Assembly (NCBI GenBank): GCA_965230935.1
Contig: OZ246400.1
Span: 848,864-912,863, forward strand
Source of the DNA: an uncultured Gammaproteobacteria bacterium
Lineage (GTDB): Bacteria > Patescibacteriota > Patescibacteriia > Magasanikbacterales > JBBTQS01
DNA: 64,000 nt
Direction of reading: 5' to 3'
Every line of letters begins with the position of its first letter. Position 1 is the stretch's first letter. Under the pieces are notes generated by a model. It ran no database searches. It was not told where the DNA came from and was given only the letters and a program-made list of their open reading frames with translations. The position numbers were made by a program, and so were the translations under genes. This document shows positions 1 through 11,559 of the stretch, in pieces.

Positions 1-375
1 TATAATCTTAAGTACCCCAAATGGGGCCCAGCAATGGTTGGCGCAGCAGGGCCACTTGCCAATTTATTTCTCGCACTGGTCTTTGGATTGATCATGTTCT
101 TTTTCCCAAGTCCGCAATTGGCTGAACTCTTCTTCATTATTATTTATGCCAATGTGCTGCTCGCAGTATTCAATTTGGTGCCCATCCCACCTCTTGATGG
201 ATCAAAAGTGTTGTTTGCCCTCCTTCCGCCATCGCTCAACCATGTCAAAGTATTCCTGGAGCGCTGGGGCATCTTTCTCGTATTTGTCTTTATCATCTTT
301 CTATTTAGCTGGTTGGCGCCGATTATCACCGGGCTAACCAACTTCTTTATGCAATGGCCAAGGTGGGTGTTTTAA
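1..375 (+). CDS. C-terminal fragment of an M50 site-2 protease (RseP-like), 5' end outside the window
   Basis: Frame 1 is open from base 1. Hydrophobic TM segments and the LVPIPPLDGSKVL motif are typical of M50 metalloproteases. Confidence 0.55.
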   Translation, partial: YNLKYPKWGPAMVGAAGPLANLFLALVFGLIMFFFPSPQLAELFFIIIYANVLLAVFNLVPIPPLDGSKVLFALLPPSLNHVKVFLERWGIFLVFVFIIFLFSWLAPIITGLTNFFMQWPRWVF

Positions 376-477
376 ATGGGGATAGCCTGTGCTCATCACC
401 TCTTGACGTATTTTTAGCGTTTCTGTACAATAGCCGCGTAACAAATTGGTTATTTTTTTGTTCTCAAATAGGCAGGT

Positions 478-897
478 ATGCCAACAATGAACCAACTCAT
501 TCGAAAAGGCCGAAAGCCAAAGCAGAAAAAGTCTGAATCTCCGGCAATGCAGTACGCCTTTAACTCGCTTAAGCGTAAGCGCTCCTATCTTCGTCGTGGT
601 GCGCCATTTAAACGTGGAGTTTGTGTGAAAGTAACCACCAAAACACCGAAAAAGCCTAACTCAGCGCTTCGAAAAATTGCTCGTGTGCGCTTGTCAAACG
701 GTACTGAGGTTTCAGCCTACATTCCTGGTGAAGGGCACAACTTGCAAGAGCACAGTATTGTGCTGATCCGCGGTGGTCGTATTAAAGACCTTCCTGGTGT
801 TCGCTATACTATTGTTCGTGGTGTATATGACACTGCTGGAGTCGAGAATCGAAAGCGTGGTCGTTCACGGTACGGTGCGAAAAAACCAAAATCATAA
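478..897 (+). CDS. rpsL: 30S ribosomal protein S12
   Basis: [14 protein letters not shown]-terminus and the [10 protein letters not shown] motif; it sits at the head of the str operon. Confidence 0.97.
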   Translation: MPTMNQLIRKGRKPKQKKSESPAMQYAFNSLKRKRSYLRRGAPFKRGVCVKVTTKTPKKPNSALRKIARVRLSNGTEVSAYIPGEGHNLQEHSIVLIRGGRIKDLPGVRYTIVRGVYDTAGVENRKRGRSRYGAKKPKS

Positions 898-900
898 TCT

Positions 901-1371
901 ATGCGCGGTAAACCAGCTCCAAAACGAGAAATTGCTCCAGATCCACGATATGGGAGTATTTTGATTGCCAAGTTCATCAACTATATTATGGAGCGTGGCA
1001 AGAAGAACACCGCTCGCAATATTGTGTACGCTGCATTTGATATTATTTCTGAAAAAACCAAGAAGAATCCAGTAGAAGTGTTTGAAGCAGCGATCAAAGA
1101 AATCACCCCGGCGCTTGAAGTTCGTTCTCGACGTGTTGGTGGTGCCAACTATCAAGTTCCAATGCCAGTTCGTGGTAATCGTCGAAATGCACTTGCGTTT
1201 CGTTGGTTGATCACAGCAGCAAAGAACAAAAAAGGCAAGCCAATGCGTGAGAAACTTGCAGGTGAAATCATGGCAGCATCAACTGGAGAAGGTGATGCGG
1301 TCAAGAAAAAGCAGGATGTTCATCGCATGGCAGAGTCTAACCGTGCATTTGCACACTTTGCCCGTTACTAA
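901..1371 (+). CDS. rpsG: 30S ribosomal protein S7
   Basis: Typical S7 length and sequence; it follows rpsL. Confidence 0.96.
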   Translation: MRGKPAPKREIAPDPRYGSILIAKFINYIMERGKKNTARNIVYAAFDIISEKTKKNPVEVFEAAIKEITPALEVRSRRVGGANYQVPMPVRGNRRNALAFRWLITAAKNKKGKPMREKLAGEIMAASTGEGDAVKKKQDVHRMAESNRAFAHFARY

Positions 1372-1382
1372 GTCCATTATTT

Positions 1383-3464
1383 ATGCCCCGAGAATATTCT
1401 TTGGATAATACTCGTAATATCGGTATTATCGCCCATATTGACGCCGGAAAAACTACGGTTACCGAGCGTATTTTGTTTTATACCGGCCGTAAGCACAAGA
1501 TTGGTGAGGTGCATGAGGGCGCAGCGGAGATGGACTGGATGGAGCAAGAGCAAGAGCGGGGGATTACGATTACATCAGCAGCAACAACCTGTTTTTGGAA
1601 TGATACTCGTATTAACATTATTGACACTCCAGGACACGTTGACTTTACCGCCGAGGTAGAGCGCAGTTTGCGTGTACTTGATGGTGGAGTTGTTATTTTT
1701 GATGGTGTTGCTGGGGTTGAGCCACAATCAGAGACCGTATGGCACCAAGCAGACAAATATAATGTTCCGCGTATTTGTTTTGTAAACAAACTTGACCGAA
1801 CCGGCGCTGACTTTATCAAAGACATGGAATCAATTCATCAACGATTGACCAAAAAGGCCTATGCCGCACAACTGCCAATTGGTGCAGAAGACAAGTTTCA
1901 AGGGGTGGTTGATTTGCTTACCCGTCGCGCGTTTATTTATAAGGATGACATGGGTAAGGAGATCGAAGAAACTGATGTGCCGGAGGACATGAAAGAACAA
2001 GTAGAGGAATACCGCGCAAAGTTGATCGAAGCCATTGTTGAGCATGATGAGCAACAAATGAATGACTTTTTTGAAGGAAAAGAAATTCCAGTGGAGGAGC
2101 TCAAAAAGACACTGCGCAAAGCCACTATTGCATATGACATTATTCCAGTATTTTGTGGTTCAGCGCTTAAAAATAAAGGCGTGCAAAAGTTGCTTGATGC
2201 CGTAGTTGAATATCTTCCCAGTCCACTTGATGTGCCGGCGGTTGAAGGGATTGATGTAAACGATGAGGAAAAGACCATGACGCGCGAGGCAGAGGATAGT
2301 GGTCCATTTTCTGCATTGGCATTTAAAATCATGACCGATCCTTTTGTTGGTAAGTTGACTTTTTTCCGTGTGTATTCAGGTGTGCTGAAGACTGGTTCTT
2401 ACATTTTCAATCCAACATCAGGCAAGAAAGAGCGCATGGGACGCATCTTGCGCATGCATGCAAACTCTCGAGAAGAGGTTCAAGAAGTGTTTGCTGGAGA
2501 GATTGCAGCCGCAGTTGGACTTAAAGATACGCGCACCGGGGACACGTTGTGTGATGAAAATCACAAGATTATTCTCGAATCTATTACATTCCCAGAGCCG
2601 GTGATTGCAGTTGCGGTTGAACCAAAGACCAAGCAAGACCAAGAAAAGATGGGATTGGCATTGGCAAAACTTTCAGAAGAAGACCCAACATTCCAAGTGC
2701 GTACTGACGAGGAGACCGGACAGACGATTATCTCAGGAATGGGTGAGCTGCACCTCGACATTATTATTGATCGCATGAAGCGTGAGTTTAAGGTAGAGGC
2801 AAATGTTGGTGCCCCACAAGTTGCGTATCGCGAAACTATTCGCACGCAGGCAGAAGCCGAAGGAAAGTTTATCAAGCAATCTGGTGGTCGCGGACAATAC
2901 GGTCATTGTTGGTTGCGGGTTGAGCCACTTGAAGAAGGGAAAGAAGGACTTGAGTTTGGTGATCAAATTAAAGGTGGTGTCATTCCAAAAGAGTACATTC
3001 CAGCAATTGGAAAGGGTGTTAAAGAAGCAATGGATCGCGGTATTATTGCCGGCTACCCACTCATTAACATCAAAGCAACCGTATACGATGGATCATTCCA
3101 CGAAGTTGACTCTTCAGAGGCAGCGTTTAAAATGGCCGGATCAATCGCGTTCCAAGCAGCAGTTAAATTGGCAAAACCAGTATTACTCGAGCCAATGATG
3201 AAAGTCGATGTTACCACTCCTGAGGAGTTTATGGGTGATGTGATTGGAGACATCAACAGTAAACGTGGACAGGTTCAAGAAATGACTGATCAGGGACAGG
3301 CTAAATTAGTGAAGTCTTTGGTACCGCTTTCTGAGATGTTTGGCTACACCACTACTTTGCGTAGCATGACCCAAGGACGAGCAAGTTCAAGCATGGAGTT
3401 TTCTCACTATGCTGAGGTGCCAAAAAATGTTGCACAAGAAGTTGCTGAGGGTAAAAAATCCTAA
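1383..3464 (+). CDS. fusA: Elongation factor G
   Basis: GTPase G1 motif AHIDAGKTT, 693 aa, in the str operon. Confidence 0.97.
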   Translation: MPREYSLDNTRNIGIIAHIDAGKTTVTERILFYTGRKHKIGEVHEGAAEMDWMEQEQERGITITSAATTCFWNDTRINIIDTPGHVDFTAEVERSLRVLDGGVVIFDGVAGVEPQSETVWHQADKYNVPRICFVNKLDRTGADFIKDMESIHQRLTKKAYAAQLPIGAEDKFQGVVDLLTRRAFIYKDDMGKEIEETDVPEDMKEQVEEYRAKLIEAIVEHDEQQMNDFFEGKEIPVEELKKTLRKATIAYDIIPVFCGSALKNKGVQKLLDAVVEYLPSPLDVPAVEGIDVNDEEKTMTREAEDSGPFSALAFKIMTDPFVGKLTFFRVYSGVLKTGSYIFNPTSGKKERMGRILRMHANSREEVQEVFAGEIAAAVGLKDTRTGDTLCDENHKIILESITFPEPVIAVAVEPKTKQDQEKMGLALAKLSEEDPTFQVRTDEETGQTIISGMGELHLDIIIDRMKREFKVEANVGAPQVAYRETIRTQAEAEGKFIKQSGGRGQYGHCWLRVEPLEEGKEGLEFGDQIKGGVIPKEYIPAIGKGVKEAMDRGIIAGYPLINIKATVYDGSFHEVDSSEAAFKMAGSIAFQAAVKLAKPVLLEPMMKVDVTTPEEFMGDVIGDINSKRGQVQEMTDQGQAKLVKSLVPLSEMFGYTTTLRSMTQGRASSSMEFSHYAEVPKNVAQEVAEGKKS

Positions 3465-3468
3465 CGAT

Positions 3469-3792
3469 ATGATTTCCCCTGCACTTCGTCACATTCTTGA
3501 TCTGACCGCCAAAACAGGCGATCGATGTGTGGTGTTTGATGCACAAACAGAAGAGTCTTTTGTGCTCATGCCAGTGGCTCATTATGAGCAACTTCTGGAC
3601 AAAATGGGGAAAACTTCTGTCATTGCTAGCTCATCTCCGGTTGAACAAGCAAACGAAGATATTGCACTTTGGCGGGAGCAGCAGCGTGGGCAAGAAGTAG
3701 GTCAAGATAAAAATTTGACTGAGTTAAGCGAAAAAGATACGACAGAAACAGTGGCTGAGGACGAAAGATTCTATATCGAGCCGGTGGAGTAG
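3469..3792 (+). CDS. Hypothetical 107-aa protein with a Phd/YefM-antitoxin-like N-terminal half and an acidic tail
   Basis: ATG at 3469 lies right after the fusA stop. The stretch ISPALRHILDL...VVFDAQTEESFVLMPVAHYEQLLD follows the Phd/YefM pattern. No partner toxin is adjacent. Confidence 0.4.
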   Translation: MISPALRHILDLTAKTGDRCVVFDAQTEESFVLMPVAHYEQLLDKMGKTSVIASSSPVEQANEDIALWREQQRGQEVGQDKNLTELSEKDTTETVAEDERFYIEPVE

Positions 3793-3930
3793 GGATACGT
3801 GGGGAAAAGGCATAATCGGTGTTGACAGCCCACAAACCTACATGCTATAATCGCCACGCTTTATTTGCATAAAATAACGTAATTACTATTAATTGTTGTC
3901 AGGACTTGCCCTGGCACGCGAAACAAACTT

Positions 3931-5124
3931 ATGGCAGAAATGTTTGACCGAAGTAAGCCGCACGTGAACGTTGGTACTATTGGCCACGTTGACCACGGTA
4001 AAACTACTCTTACCGCAGCAATCCTTAAGGTATTGGCTGCAGCTGGTAAGATTGCACAAAATAAAGATGTTGACCAAATTGACGCAGCTCCAGAAGAACG
4101 CCAACGTGGTATTACTATTGCGACTGCGCACGTTGAGTATGAAACTGACAAGCGTCACTATGCACACGTTGACTGTCCAGGACACGCTGACTATGTGAAA
4201 AACATGATCACCGGTGCTGCACAGATGGATGGTGCGATTTTGGTTGTAAACGCTGCTGATGGTCCTATGCCACAAACCCGTGAGCACATTTTGCTTGCAC
4301 GTCAGGTTGGTGTGCCATATATCGTGGTATTTTTGAACAAAGTTGACCAAGTTTCAGATCCAGAACTGATTGATCTTGTTGAAGAAGAGGTACGTGACTT
4401 GCTCACCAAGTATGAATTTCCAGGTTCAGAGACCCCAATCATTCGTGGGTCAGCGCTTAAGGCACTTGAAAATCCAGGAGATGAGGCTGCTGCCAAGCCA
4501 ATCATGGATTTGATGGATGCACTTGATTCATACATTCCAGAGCCAGAGCGTGATACTGATAAGGATTTCTTGATGCCAATTGAGGACGTGTTCTCAATCG
4601 AAGGACGCGGTACGGTGGTTACTGGTCGTGTTGAGACCGGAATTGTTAAAGTAGGTGAAGAGATCGAGATCGTTGGTATGGGAGACGAGACTACGAAGAC
4701 AACCGTTACCGGTGTGGAGATGTTTAACAAGTCCTTGGATCAAGGACAAGCAGGAGACAACGCTGGTATTTTGCTTCGTGGTACTAAGAAAGATGAAGTA
4801 CAACGCGGGCAAGTGTTGGCAAAGCCAGGTACTATTACTCCACATACTGAGTTTGAAGCTGAGGTATACGCATTGTCAAAAGAAGAAGGTGGACGTCATA
4901 AGCCATTCTTCAAAGGATACAAGCCGCAGTTTTACATTCGTACCACTGATGTGACTGGTGAAGTTACTTTGCCAGAAGGCACTGAAATGGTAATGCCAGG
5001 AGATACCGTGAATGTAACTATCAAATTGCTTGTACCAGTTGCCCTTGCAGAAAAGCAACGATTTGCGATCCGCGAAGGCGGACGAACCGTTGGTGCTGGA
5101 GTGGTAACGAAGATTTTGAAATAA
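3931..5124 (+). CDS. tuf: Elongation factor Tu
   Basis: [10 protein letters not shown] motif, 397 aa. Confidence 0.97.
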   Translation: MAEMFDRSKPHVNVGTIGHVDHGKTTLTAAILKVLAAAGKIAQNKDVDQIDAAPEERQRGITIATAHVEYETDKRHYAHVDCPGHADYVKNMITGAAQMDGAILVVNAADGPMPQTREHILLARQVGVPYIVVFLNKVDQVSDPELIDLVEEEVRDLLTKYEFPGSETPIIRGSALKALENPGDEAAAKPIMDLMDALDSYIPEPERDTDKDFLMPIEDVFSIEGRGTVVTGRVETGIVKVGEEIEIVGMGDETTKTTVTGVEMFNKSLDQGQAGDNAGILLRGTKKDEVQRGQVLAKPGTITPHTEFEAEVYALSKEEGGRHKPFFKGYKPQFYIRTTDVTGEVTLPEGTEMVMPGDTVNVTIKLLVPVALAEKQRFAIREGGRTVGAGVVTKILK

Positions 5125-5130
5125 AGCTAG

Positions 5131-5165
5131 TCCCGCTCACTTGAGGGCGGGATTATGGTTTCTTT
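5131..5165 (+). terminator. Putative intrinsic terminator or attenuator after tuf
   Basis: Inverted repeat tcccgctca..tgagggcggga followed by a T-rich stretch. Confidence 0.35.
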
Positions 5166-5177
5166 CAAAACCAAACC

Positions 5178-5531
5178 ATGAGCGAAACGACAAAAACAAC
5201 GAAGGCTACGAAAAGCGCGCAAGAAATTACGCAGCGCATTCGTATTAAGATTCGTGCCTATGATAGTACGGTGATTGATGAATCAACCCGTACGATTATG
5301 GATACCGCGACTCGTACTGATGCCAATGTTGTTGGTCCTATCCCACTTCCCACTGAAGTGCGAAAGTACACGGTCAATCGCTCAACGTTTGTGCATAAGA
5401 CCTCACGCGAACAGTATGAGGTGCGCATTCACAAACGACTCATCGACATCATCAACCCGACCCCGAAGACGATTGATGCGTTGATGAATCTCAATCTGCC
5501 ATCCGGGGTAGACATTGAGATGAAGATGTAA
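5178..5531 (+). CDS. rpsJ: 30S ribosomal protein S10
   Basis: IRIKIRAYD...[16 protein letters not shown] is S10-like. Confidence 0.95.
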   Translation: MSETTKTTKATKSAQEITQRIRIKIRAYDSTVIDESTRTIMDTATRTDANVVGPIPLPTEVRKYTVNRSTFVHKTSREQYEVRIHKRLIDIINPTPKTIDALMNLNLPSGVDIEMKM

Positions 5532-5653
5532 CTTAATACGACTGGTGGTTACAAGGTGATAAGATCCCTCAGCAGGAAAACATCACGGCGAAGCTGACAG
5601 TTAGGAGAAATTCATTACAGATAGTTCACACAACTTCTTCATTGCGAGGAAGG

Positions 5654-5700
5654 CTAGAAATTGTCATAAATTCCTTGATGATAATTTCTAGTCTTTTCGT
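5654..5700 (+). promoter_or_regulatory. Hairpin (9-bp perfect inverted repeat ctagaaatt/aatttctag plus T-tract) in an unusually long rpsJ-rplC spacer
   Basis: The spacer between S10 and L3 is 205 bp. The inverted repeat is followed by tcttttcgttt, so it is a possible attenuator. Confidence 0.3.
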
Positions 5701-5735
5701 TTACCTGGCTCATCAGGAAACCCAAAGTCTATACT

Positions 5736-6506
5736 ATGAAATTCTTACTCGGATCAAAACTCAACATGACCCAAATCTTCCATGAAAGTGGCAAGGTTAT
5801 TCCAGTTACTCGTGTTGCCGCTGGGCCGTGTGTGGTAACCCACGTGAGTGATCGTCCTGATGGATCACGCGCCGTACAAGTTGGGTTTGGTGAGCGTAAG
5901 GCCAAAAAGATGAATAAGGCAATGCAGGGTCATCTTAAGGATTTACCACGTGCAAAATTTTTGCGTCAATTTGTGACCAAGCAAGAGCTCAAGCGCGGCG
6001 ATATGTTACGGGTAACGTCATTTGGAACAGGGGATCGTGTTGCTGTTACTGGTACTTCTAAAGGAAAAGGATTTCAAGGTGTAGTAAAACGTCACGGTTT
6101 TGCTGGATCTCCAGCAACTCATGGACACAAAGATCAGTTACGCATGCCTGGTTCGATTGGTGCTACTGATGCTGCTCGCGTGTTTAAAGGAACTCGCATG
6201 GGAGGACACATGGGTGATGAGCGCGTGACGGTGACGAATCTTGAGGTGGTTGGCGTGGATGAAGAGAAGAACGAGTTATTGATTAAAGGTGCGATTCCTG
6301 GCGCGCGTGGTGGATTGGTTATGATTGCTGCGCAAGGGGAGATGGAAGTTGTGGTACCTGAAGCACCGGCACAGCAGAAGGCTGATGAAGGACTTTCGGC
6401 TGAGCAACCAAAACAAGAAGAAGCTCCAAAAGAAGTAGCACAGGATGAAGCACCTGCCGAGTCAGCACCAGAAAAAGAGCAAGAGAAAGCAGAAGAAACC
6501 ACATAA
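5736..6506 (+). CDS. rplC: 50S ribosomal protein L3, with an acidic/Lys-rich C-terminal extension
   Basis: L3 core sequence plus an EAPAQQKADEG...EKEQEKAEETT tail. Confidence 0.95.
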   Translation: MKFLLGSKLNMTQIFHESGKVIPVTRVAAGPCVVTHVSDRPDGSRAVQVGFGERKAKKMNKAMQGHLKDLPRAKFLRQFVTKQELKRGDMLRVTSFGTGDRVAVTGTSKGKGFQGVVKRHGFAGSPATHGHKDQLRMPGSIGATDAARVFKGTRMGGHMGDERVTVTNLEVVGVDEEKNELLIKGAIPGARGGLVMIAAQGEMEVVVPEAPAQQKADEGLSAEQPKQEEAPKEVAQDEAPAESAPEKEQEKAEETT

Positions 6507-6507
6507 T

Positions 6508-7140
6508 ATGGCACAAGTGAAAGTGTACAACCAAACTGGAAAAGAAGTTGAAACGCTTGAGTTGGCGGACGCAGTATTTGGTGTTGACGTGAATCCGACT
6601 GTGGTGCATGAGGTGGTGGTTGCCGCACAAGCCAATGCACGACAAGTGTTGGCACACACCAAAGGCCGATCAGAAGTTCGTGGTGGTGGGAAAAAGCCAT
6701 GGCGACAAAAAGGAACTGGTCGGGCACGACACGGATCAATTCGGTCACCACTTTGGCGTGGTGGTGGAATTACCTTTGGGCCAACCAAAGAACGTAATTT
6801 TGCTAAGCGTACCAACAAGAAGGTGAAAAAAGCGGCAATGCGCATGGTACTTTCTGATCGTGTGGCACAAGGGAATTTGATTGTGATTGATGAGCTTGCA
6901 TTCGAACAAGTGAAAACTGCTGCATTTGCCAAGATGAAAAATGCATTGCCATGCGGGTATCGCCGCGCAGTGGTGGTAACTGATCAGAAAAGTCCAGAGG
7001 TGTTGCGCATGACTAATAACTTGCAAGATGTTGACACAACCTTTGTGGGTGAGCTTGGTGTGCTTGATGTGGTGAATCACCCGTGTATGATCGTAAGCAA
7101 GAAAGCAGTACAGGCACTTGAAGCCAAGTATACGAAGTAA
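6508..7140 (+). CDS. rplD: 50S ribosomal protein L4
   Basis: The ATG at 6508 directly follows the rplC stop. MAQVKVYNQTGKEV N-terminus. Confidence 0.93.
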   Translation: MAQVKVYNQTGKEVETLELADAVFGVDVNPTVVHEVVVAAQANARQVLAHTKGRSEVRGGGKKPWRQKGTGRARHGSIRSPLWRGGGITFGPTKERNFAKRTNKKVKKAAMRMVLSDRVAQGNLIVIDELAFEQVKTAAFAKMKNALPCGYRRAVVVTDQKSPEVLRMTNNLQDVDTTFVGELGVLDVVNHPCMIVSKKAVQALEAKYTK

Positions 7141-7141
7141 T

Positions 7142-7624
7142 ATGGGAATTTTCTCAAAGTGGAAAAAGAAAAAGACCGATGAACAGCTTGCTGCAGCGAG
7201 TGAGGTTAAGAGTGCGCCAAAAACAACTGCAAAAGCGGCCAAGGTCGTAAAAAAAGATGGTAAGGCGACCGTTGATCAAAAGGCAGTGTCAGAGAAGAGT
7301 GCTAAAACAGCGCCAGCTCCAGCAGTACCACAAACCGGAGGAACATTAGCAAATGTTTTGGTTCGTACCCATATTACAGAAAAAGCAGCAGGTCATGAGG
7401 GCGAGGGGGTCTATACCTTTGAGGTGTCACCTCGTGCAAACAAGTACATGATTGCCCAGGCGGTTCAGAATCGTTTTCATGTTGAGGTAGCAAAAGTGAC
7501 GATTATGAACCGCCGTGGTAAGCGAGTCCGTTTTGGTACTCGTCGCGGTAAGCGCAAAGACCGTAAATTAGCGCGTGTCACCTTGGTAAAAGGACAGACA
7601 CTCAGTGTGCATAAAGGAGTTTAA
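7142..7624 (+). CDS. rplW: 50S ribosomal protein L23, with a Lys/Ala-rich N-terminal extension
   Basis: ATG at 7142. The C-terminal half is L23-like. Confidence 0.9.
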   Translation: MGIFSKWKKKKTDEQLAAASEVKSAPKTTAKAAKVVKKDGKATVDQKAVSEKSAKTAPAPAVPQTGGTLANVLVRTHITEKAAGHEGEGVYTFEVSPRANKYMIAQAVQNRFHVEVAKVTIMNRRGKRVRFGTRRGKRKDRKLARVTLVKGQTLSVHKGV

Positions 7625-7632
7625 TCATTGGT

Positions 7633-8484
7633 ATGCCGATTAAAAAGTACAAACCAACGAATAAAGGACGTCGCAACATGAGTGTTGACACGTTTGCTGA
7701 TATTACCAAAACCAAGCCAGAGAAGAGTTTGATTATCCCACGCAAGAAATTTGCTGGCCGCTCAAAAGGAAAGATCACTGTTCGTCATAAAGGTGGTGGG
7801 AACAAACGCTACATCCGATTGGTGGACTTCAAACAAGATCGATACGATGATCCTGCAACGGTGCTTTCTATTGAATATGATCCAAACCGAAACGCACGAA
7901 TTGCACTTGTTGAATATGCTGATAAAGAAAAGCGATACATTTTGGCTCCTGACGGGCTCAAAGTAGGGGACACGGTAGTGAGTTCACAAAAAGCACTTGA
8001 TGCGAAGTTAGGTACGCGCATGCCACTTGAGTTTATTCCAATTGGTTCGTTTGTGCACAACATCGAGTTTGCTCCACGCAAAGGCGGACAGATTGCTCGC
8101 GGTGCTGGAACACAGGTGCAGCTTATGGGTCTTGAAGGAAAGTACGCGCAGTTGAAGATGCCATCAGGTGAGATTCGAAAGTTTGCCAAAGAATGTAGTG
8201 CGAGTGTTGGCATGGTCAGCAATCCAGATTACCGACTGATTCGATGGGGAAAGGCCGGTCGCATGCGCCATCGTGGCATTCGTCCAACCGTCCGTGGTAA
8301 GGTAATGAACCCATGTGATCACCCCCACGGTGGTGGTGAAGGGCGCCAAAGTATTGGTATGAAAGCGCCAAAGACTCCATGGGGTAAAAAAGCACTTGGA
8401 GTAAAGACCCGAAACCGCAAAAAGGCAAGTAGTAAGTTTATTGTTTCTCGCCGGCCAACCGGTAAGAAACGACGACGTCGATAA
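7633..8484 (+). CDS. rplB: 50S ribosomal protein L2
   Basis: 283 aa with conserved L2 motifs. Confidence 0.97.
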   Translation: MPIKKYKPTNKGRRNMSVDTFADITKTKPEKSLIIPRKKFAGRSKGKITVRHKGGGNKRYIRLVDFKQDRYDDPATVLSIEYDPNRNARIALVEYADKEKRYILAPDGLKVGDTVVSSQKALDAKLGTRMPLEFIPIGSFVHNIEFAPRKGGQIARGAGTQVQLMGLEGKYAQLKMPSGEIRKFAKECSASVGMVSNPDYRLIRWGKAGRMRHRGIRPTVRGKVMNPCDHPHGGGEGRQSIGMKAPKTPWGKKALGVKTRNRKKASSKFIVSRRPTGKKRRRR

Positions 8485-8488
8485 TCAT

Positions 8489-8776
8489 ATGTCACGAAGT
8501 TTGAAAAAAGGACCATTTACTGACGAGAAGTTGCTCAAAAAGGTTACAAAGGCCAAGGCGAACAATGATAAAAAGCCAATTAAAACTTGGTCTCGTCGCA
8601 GCACCATTACCCCAGATATGGTTGGGATGTCATTTGGTGTGCATAATGGGAAAGATTTTATTACCGTGGTAGTGGTTGAGGACATGGTGGGACATAAGTT
8701 GGGTGAGTTTTCACCAACCCGTAAATTCATCCGCCATGGTGGTAAGATGCAGAAAAGTTTAGAGCAAAAGAAATAA
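8489..8776 (+). CDS. rpsS: 30S ribosomal protein S19
   Basis: [11 protein letters not shown]-terminus. Confidence 0.95.
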   Translation: MSRSLKKGPFTDEKLLKKVTKAKANNDKKPIKTWSRRSTITPDMVGMSFGVHNGKDFITVVVVEDMVGHKLGEFSPTRKFIRHGGKMQKSLEQKK

Positions 8777-8779
8777 TAT

Positions 8780-9253
8780 ATGGAAACCGTCAAAGTACAC
8801 GCCCGACTCCGTTTCATGCGTATCTCAGTTAAGAAGGTGCGGATTGTTTTGCGTGCGATTAGCGGGATGAACGTTGACGAGGCTCAGGCACAGTTGACTA
8901 TGATGAATAAACGATCAACTGGTCCGATTGCAAAATTGTTGGCAAGTGCTGTTGCAAATGCGACCAATAATTTTAACTTGGATAAGAGTAGTTTGCGTAT
9001 CGCGCAGATTATGGCGGACAAAGGGCCAATGCTCAAGCGTTGGCGAGCTCGCGCACGTGGTGTGGCTGCACCAATTCGAAAACACATGAGTCACATTCAT
9101 ATTATTTTGGAAGGTACTCCGGTAGCAACTCCAGAGAAAAAAGGAGCAAAGGCGTCTGAGGCTACGCCAAAAAGTTCAGAAGAAAAGAAAGCAAAAAGTA
9201 CCAAGACCACAAAGGCTCCGGCCAAAGTGAAGAAGGAAGCTAAAACCGCATAA
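8780..9253 (+). CDS. rplV: 50S ribosomal protein L22, with a Lys-rich C-terminal extension
   Basis: L22 core plus a KKAKSTKTTKAPAKVKKEAKTA tail. Confidence 0.95.
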   Translation: METVKVHARLRFMRISVKKVRIVLRAISGMNVDEAQAQLTMMNKRSTGPIAKLLASAVANATNNFNLDKSSLRIAQIMADKGPMLKRWRARARGVAAPIRKHMSHIHIILEGTPVATPEKKGAKASEATPKSSEEKKAKSTKTTKAPAKVKKEAKTA

Positions 9254-9257
9254 TCAT

Positions 9258-9929
9258 ATGGGTCATAAAGTCCATCCAAAAATTTATCGAATCGGCACAT
9301 TGTATCCTTGGGATTCACGCTGGTTTGGACGTAAGAATAAGTACAAGTCATACTTGAAGCTTGAAATTGCGTTGCGAAAGTTTTTGGAAAAAGAGGTTCG
9401 TGAAGCAGGACTTGAGAGTATTTCCGTTGCGCACAATGCACAAGATGTCACCATTAGTTTGCGTGTGGCAAAGCCCGGACTTATCATTGGTCGTGGTGGT
9501 GCTGGAATTGAAGAGCTGAAGAAAAAGATTCAAAATAAGTTTTTCAACAAAAAGAGCAATGTTAAAGTGCAAGTGTTTGAAGTGCGTGACCCATCACGTT
9601 CCGCGAAGATCGTTGCCGGGCAAATGGCGCGAGATATTGAAAAGCGTATGCCGTTTCGTCGTGTGCTCAAGCAAGCGGTCGAGCGTGTAATGAAAGCCAA
9701 GGCAGAAGGAGTAAAGGTAAGTGTAGCTGGACGACTTAATGGTGCTGATATTGCTCGTCGCGAAACCATCTCACAAGGAAAAATCCCACTCACGACGCTT
9801 CGTGCTGATGTTGATTATGCATTAGTAGAAGCGAACACGATTTATGGAGTCATTGGTGTGAAAGTGTGGATTTATCGTGGAGAGCATTTTGGTCGATTGG
9901 ATAAGTTTGCCTCTCAAGAGAGTAAATAA
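9258..9929 (+). CDS. rpsC: 30S ribosomal protein S3
   Basis: KH and S3-C domains; MGHKVHPKIYRIG N-terminus. Confidence 0.97.
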   Translation: MGHKVHPKIYRIGTLYPWDSRWFGRKNKYKSYLKLEIALRKFLEKEVREAGLESISVAHNAQDVTISLRVAKPGLIIGRGGAGIEELKKKIQNKFFNKKSNVKVQVFEVRDPSRSAKIVAGQMARDIEKRMPFRRVLKQAVERVMKAKAEGVKVSVAGRLNGADIARRETISQGKIPLTTLRADVDYALVEANTIYGVIGVKVWIYRGEHFGRLDKFASQESK

Positions 9930-9935
9930 TGCTGT

Positions 9936-10352
9936 ATGTTGTTACCAAAGAAAGTAAAACATCGTAAATGGCATAAAGGCCGCCGTCGAAACAAAGGCGT
10001 TGCAACTCGCAAAGTCAATGTTGATTTTGGTGCGTATGGTCTTAAAGCGATGGAGCATTGTTGGATTACCAGTCGACAGATTGAGTCAGCTCGTCGTGCG
10101 ATGACACGGTATCTTGCTCGTGGTGGTAAAATCTGGATTCGCATTTTCCCACAAAAGCCAGTAACCAAGAAAGGTTCTGAAGTACCGATGGGAAGTGGTA
10201 AAGGTGCCGTTGACCATTATGTTGCGGTAGTAAAGCCGGGGACGATCTTGTTTGAAATGGATGGAGTGGATGAGGAAAAGGCCCGTCGTGCAATGGAGTT
10301 GGCATCACACAAGTTGCCGATTAAGACGCGTTTTGTAACCAAGCATGTATGA
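9936..10352 (+). CDS. rplP: 50S ribosomal protein L16
   Basis: [12 protein letters not shown]-terminus. Confidence 0.97.
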   Translation: MLLPKKVKHRKWHKGRRRNKGVATRKVNVDFGAYGLKAMEHCWITSRQIESARRAMTRYLARGGKIWIRIFPQKPVTKKGSEVPMGSGKGAVDHYVAVVKPGTILFEMDGVDEEKARRAMELASHKLPIKTRFVTKHV

Positions 10353-10552
10353 AGATGAAAGATTTAGTCAAAAAAGATGCTGCAGAGTTGCAGGACATGA
10401 TCATTGAAGCGGAGAAAGAAAAGGAAACACTTTCGTTTGCTGTATTTGCAGGCGAGGAGCAGGGGGTTCGTAAGTTGCGATCACTGAAAAAGGACATTGC
10501 ACGGATGAAAACTCGATTGGCACAACTTACCTTGACGGATTCGCAAAAATAA
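10349..10552 (+). CDS. rpmC: 50S ribosomal protein L29
   Basis: 67 aa; overlaps rplP by ATGA. Confidence 0.92.
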   Translation: MKMKDLVKKDAAELQDMIIEAEKEKETLSFAVFAGEEQGVRKLRSLKKDIARMKTRLAQLTLTDSQK

Positions 10553-10576
10553 GGCACCATACTGACACTTTACTCT

Positions 10577-10843
10577 ATGGAAAACACAAAAACATCAACA
10601 CAATCATCACGACGCCGCCAGTTGCAAGGGGTTGTGGTTGGTGTTGCCGGAGACAAAACCGTTAGCGTACGTGTTGATCGTCAAAAGTTGAACTCCTTGT
10701 ATCAAAAGCGATATACGGTAAGTAAAAAGTATTTAGTTCATGATTCAGCTAATAGTGTTGCCATTGGAGATAAAGTAACGATTGAAGAGATTCGCCCGAT
10801 GAGTAAGCGTAAGCGATTTCGTATTGTGCCACGCAAAGCATAA
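10577..10843 (+). CDS. rpsQ: 30S ribosomal protein S17
   Basis: [20 protein letters not shown] motif. Confidence 0.95.
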   Translation: MENTKTSTQSSRRRQLQGVVVGVAGDKTVSVRVDRQKLNSLYQKRYTVSKKYLVHDSANSVAIGDKVTIEEIRPMSKRKRFRIVPRKA

Positions 10844-10848
10844 GCCCT

Positions 10849-11220
10849 ATGATTCAACATCAATCCATGCTCAACGTCGCGGATAACAGCGGAGCCAAAA
10901 AGCTCATGTGTATTCGTGTACTTGGCGGATATCAAAAACGATATGCGCGGGTTGGTGATATCATTACCTGTACCGTTAAAATGGCAGCGCCACGAGGTGC
11001 CGTGAAAAAGGGTGAGGTGGTACATGCGGTTATCGTACGTCAACAAAAAGAAGTCCGTCGTCCTGATGGTACGTATGTACGTTTTGATGACAACGCGGCT
11101 GTGGTAGTTGATCGAAAGAGTAAAGAACCAAAAGGTACCCGTATTTTTGGACCAGTAGCGCGTGAGTTGCGTATCAAAGGGTTCCAGAAGATTATCTCAC
11201 TTGCTCCAGAAGTATTGTAA
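10849..11220 (+). CDS. rplN: 50S ribosomal protein L14
   Basis: [19 protein letters not shown]-terminus. Confidence 0.97.
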   Translation: MIQHQSMLNVADNSGAKKLMCIRVLGGYQKRYARVGDIITCTVKMAAPRGAVKKGEVVHAVIVRQQKEVRRPDGTYVRFDDNAAVVVDRKSKEPKGTRIFGPVARELRIKGFQKIISLAPEVL

Positions 11221-11224
11221 TCAT

Positions 11225-11557
11225 ATGAAGCTTAAGATTAAGACAGGTGACAATGTAACTGTGATTGCCGGCAAGGACAAAGGAAAGTCAGGTAAGGTTA
11301 TTCAAGTATTTCCAAAAAAGCAACGCGTTGTCGTTGAAGGGGTAAATATTTTGAAAAAGCATCTGCGATCACGTAAACAAGGTGAGCCAGGACAGCGAAT
11401 TGAGCTGCCAGCGCCACTGCATGTTTCTAATGTGAAAAAGACCGCTGCGCCAGCAAAGAAAAAAGATGAAAAGAAAGGGAGTACCAAGGCAGCAGATAAA
11501 AAAACAGATAAACCAGTAGCAAAGGATAGCAAAAAAACTGATTCCAAGAAGAAATAA
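11225..11557 (+). CDS. rplX: 50S ribosomal protein L24, with a Lys-rich C-terminal extension
   Basis: ATG at 11225; KOW motif in [25 protein letters not shown]. Confidence 0.93.
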   Translation: MKLKIKTGDNVTVIAGKDKGKSGKVIQVFPKKQRVVVEGVNILKKHLRSRKQGEPGQRIELPAPLHVSNVKKTAAPAKKKDEKKGSTKAADKKTDKPVAKDSKKTDSKKK

Positions 11558-11559
11558 GT

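Noticed and set aside
5534-5546. The 11-mer ttaatacgact is identical to the start of the T7 promoter consensus.
   Set aside because: The match breaks immediately afterwards (ggtggttacaa versus cactataggga). The -10 to +1 core is absent, so it is most likely chance in AT-rich DNA.
6134-6751. 205-aa minus-strand ORF overlapping rplC and rplD. Other within-operon antisense ORFs occur at 1478-1825, 4302-4730 and elsewhere.
   Set aside because: They are antisense to unambiguous ribosomal protein genes and have no motifs, so they are treated as spurious.
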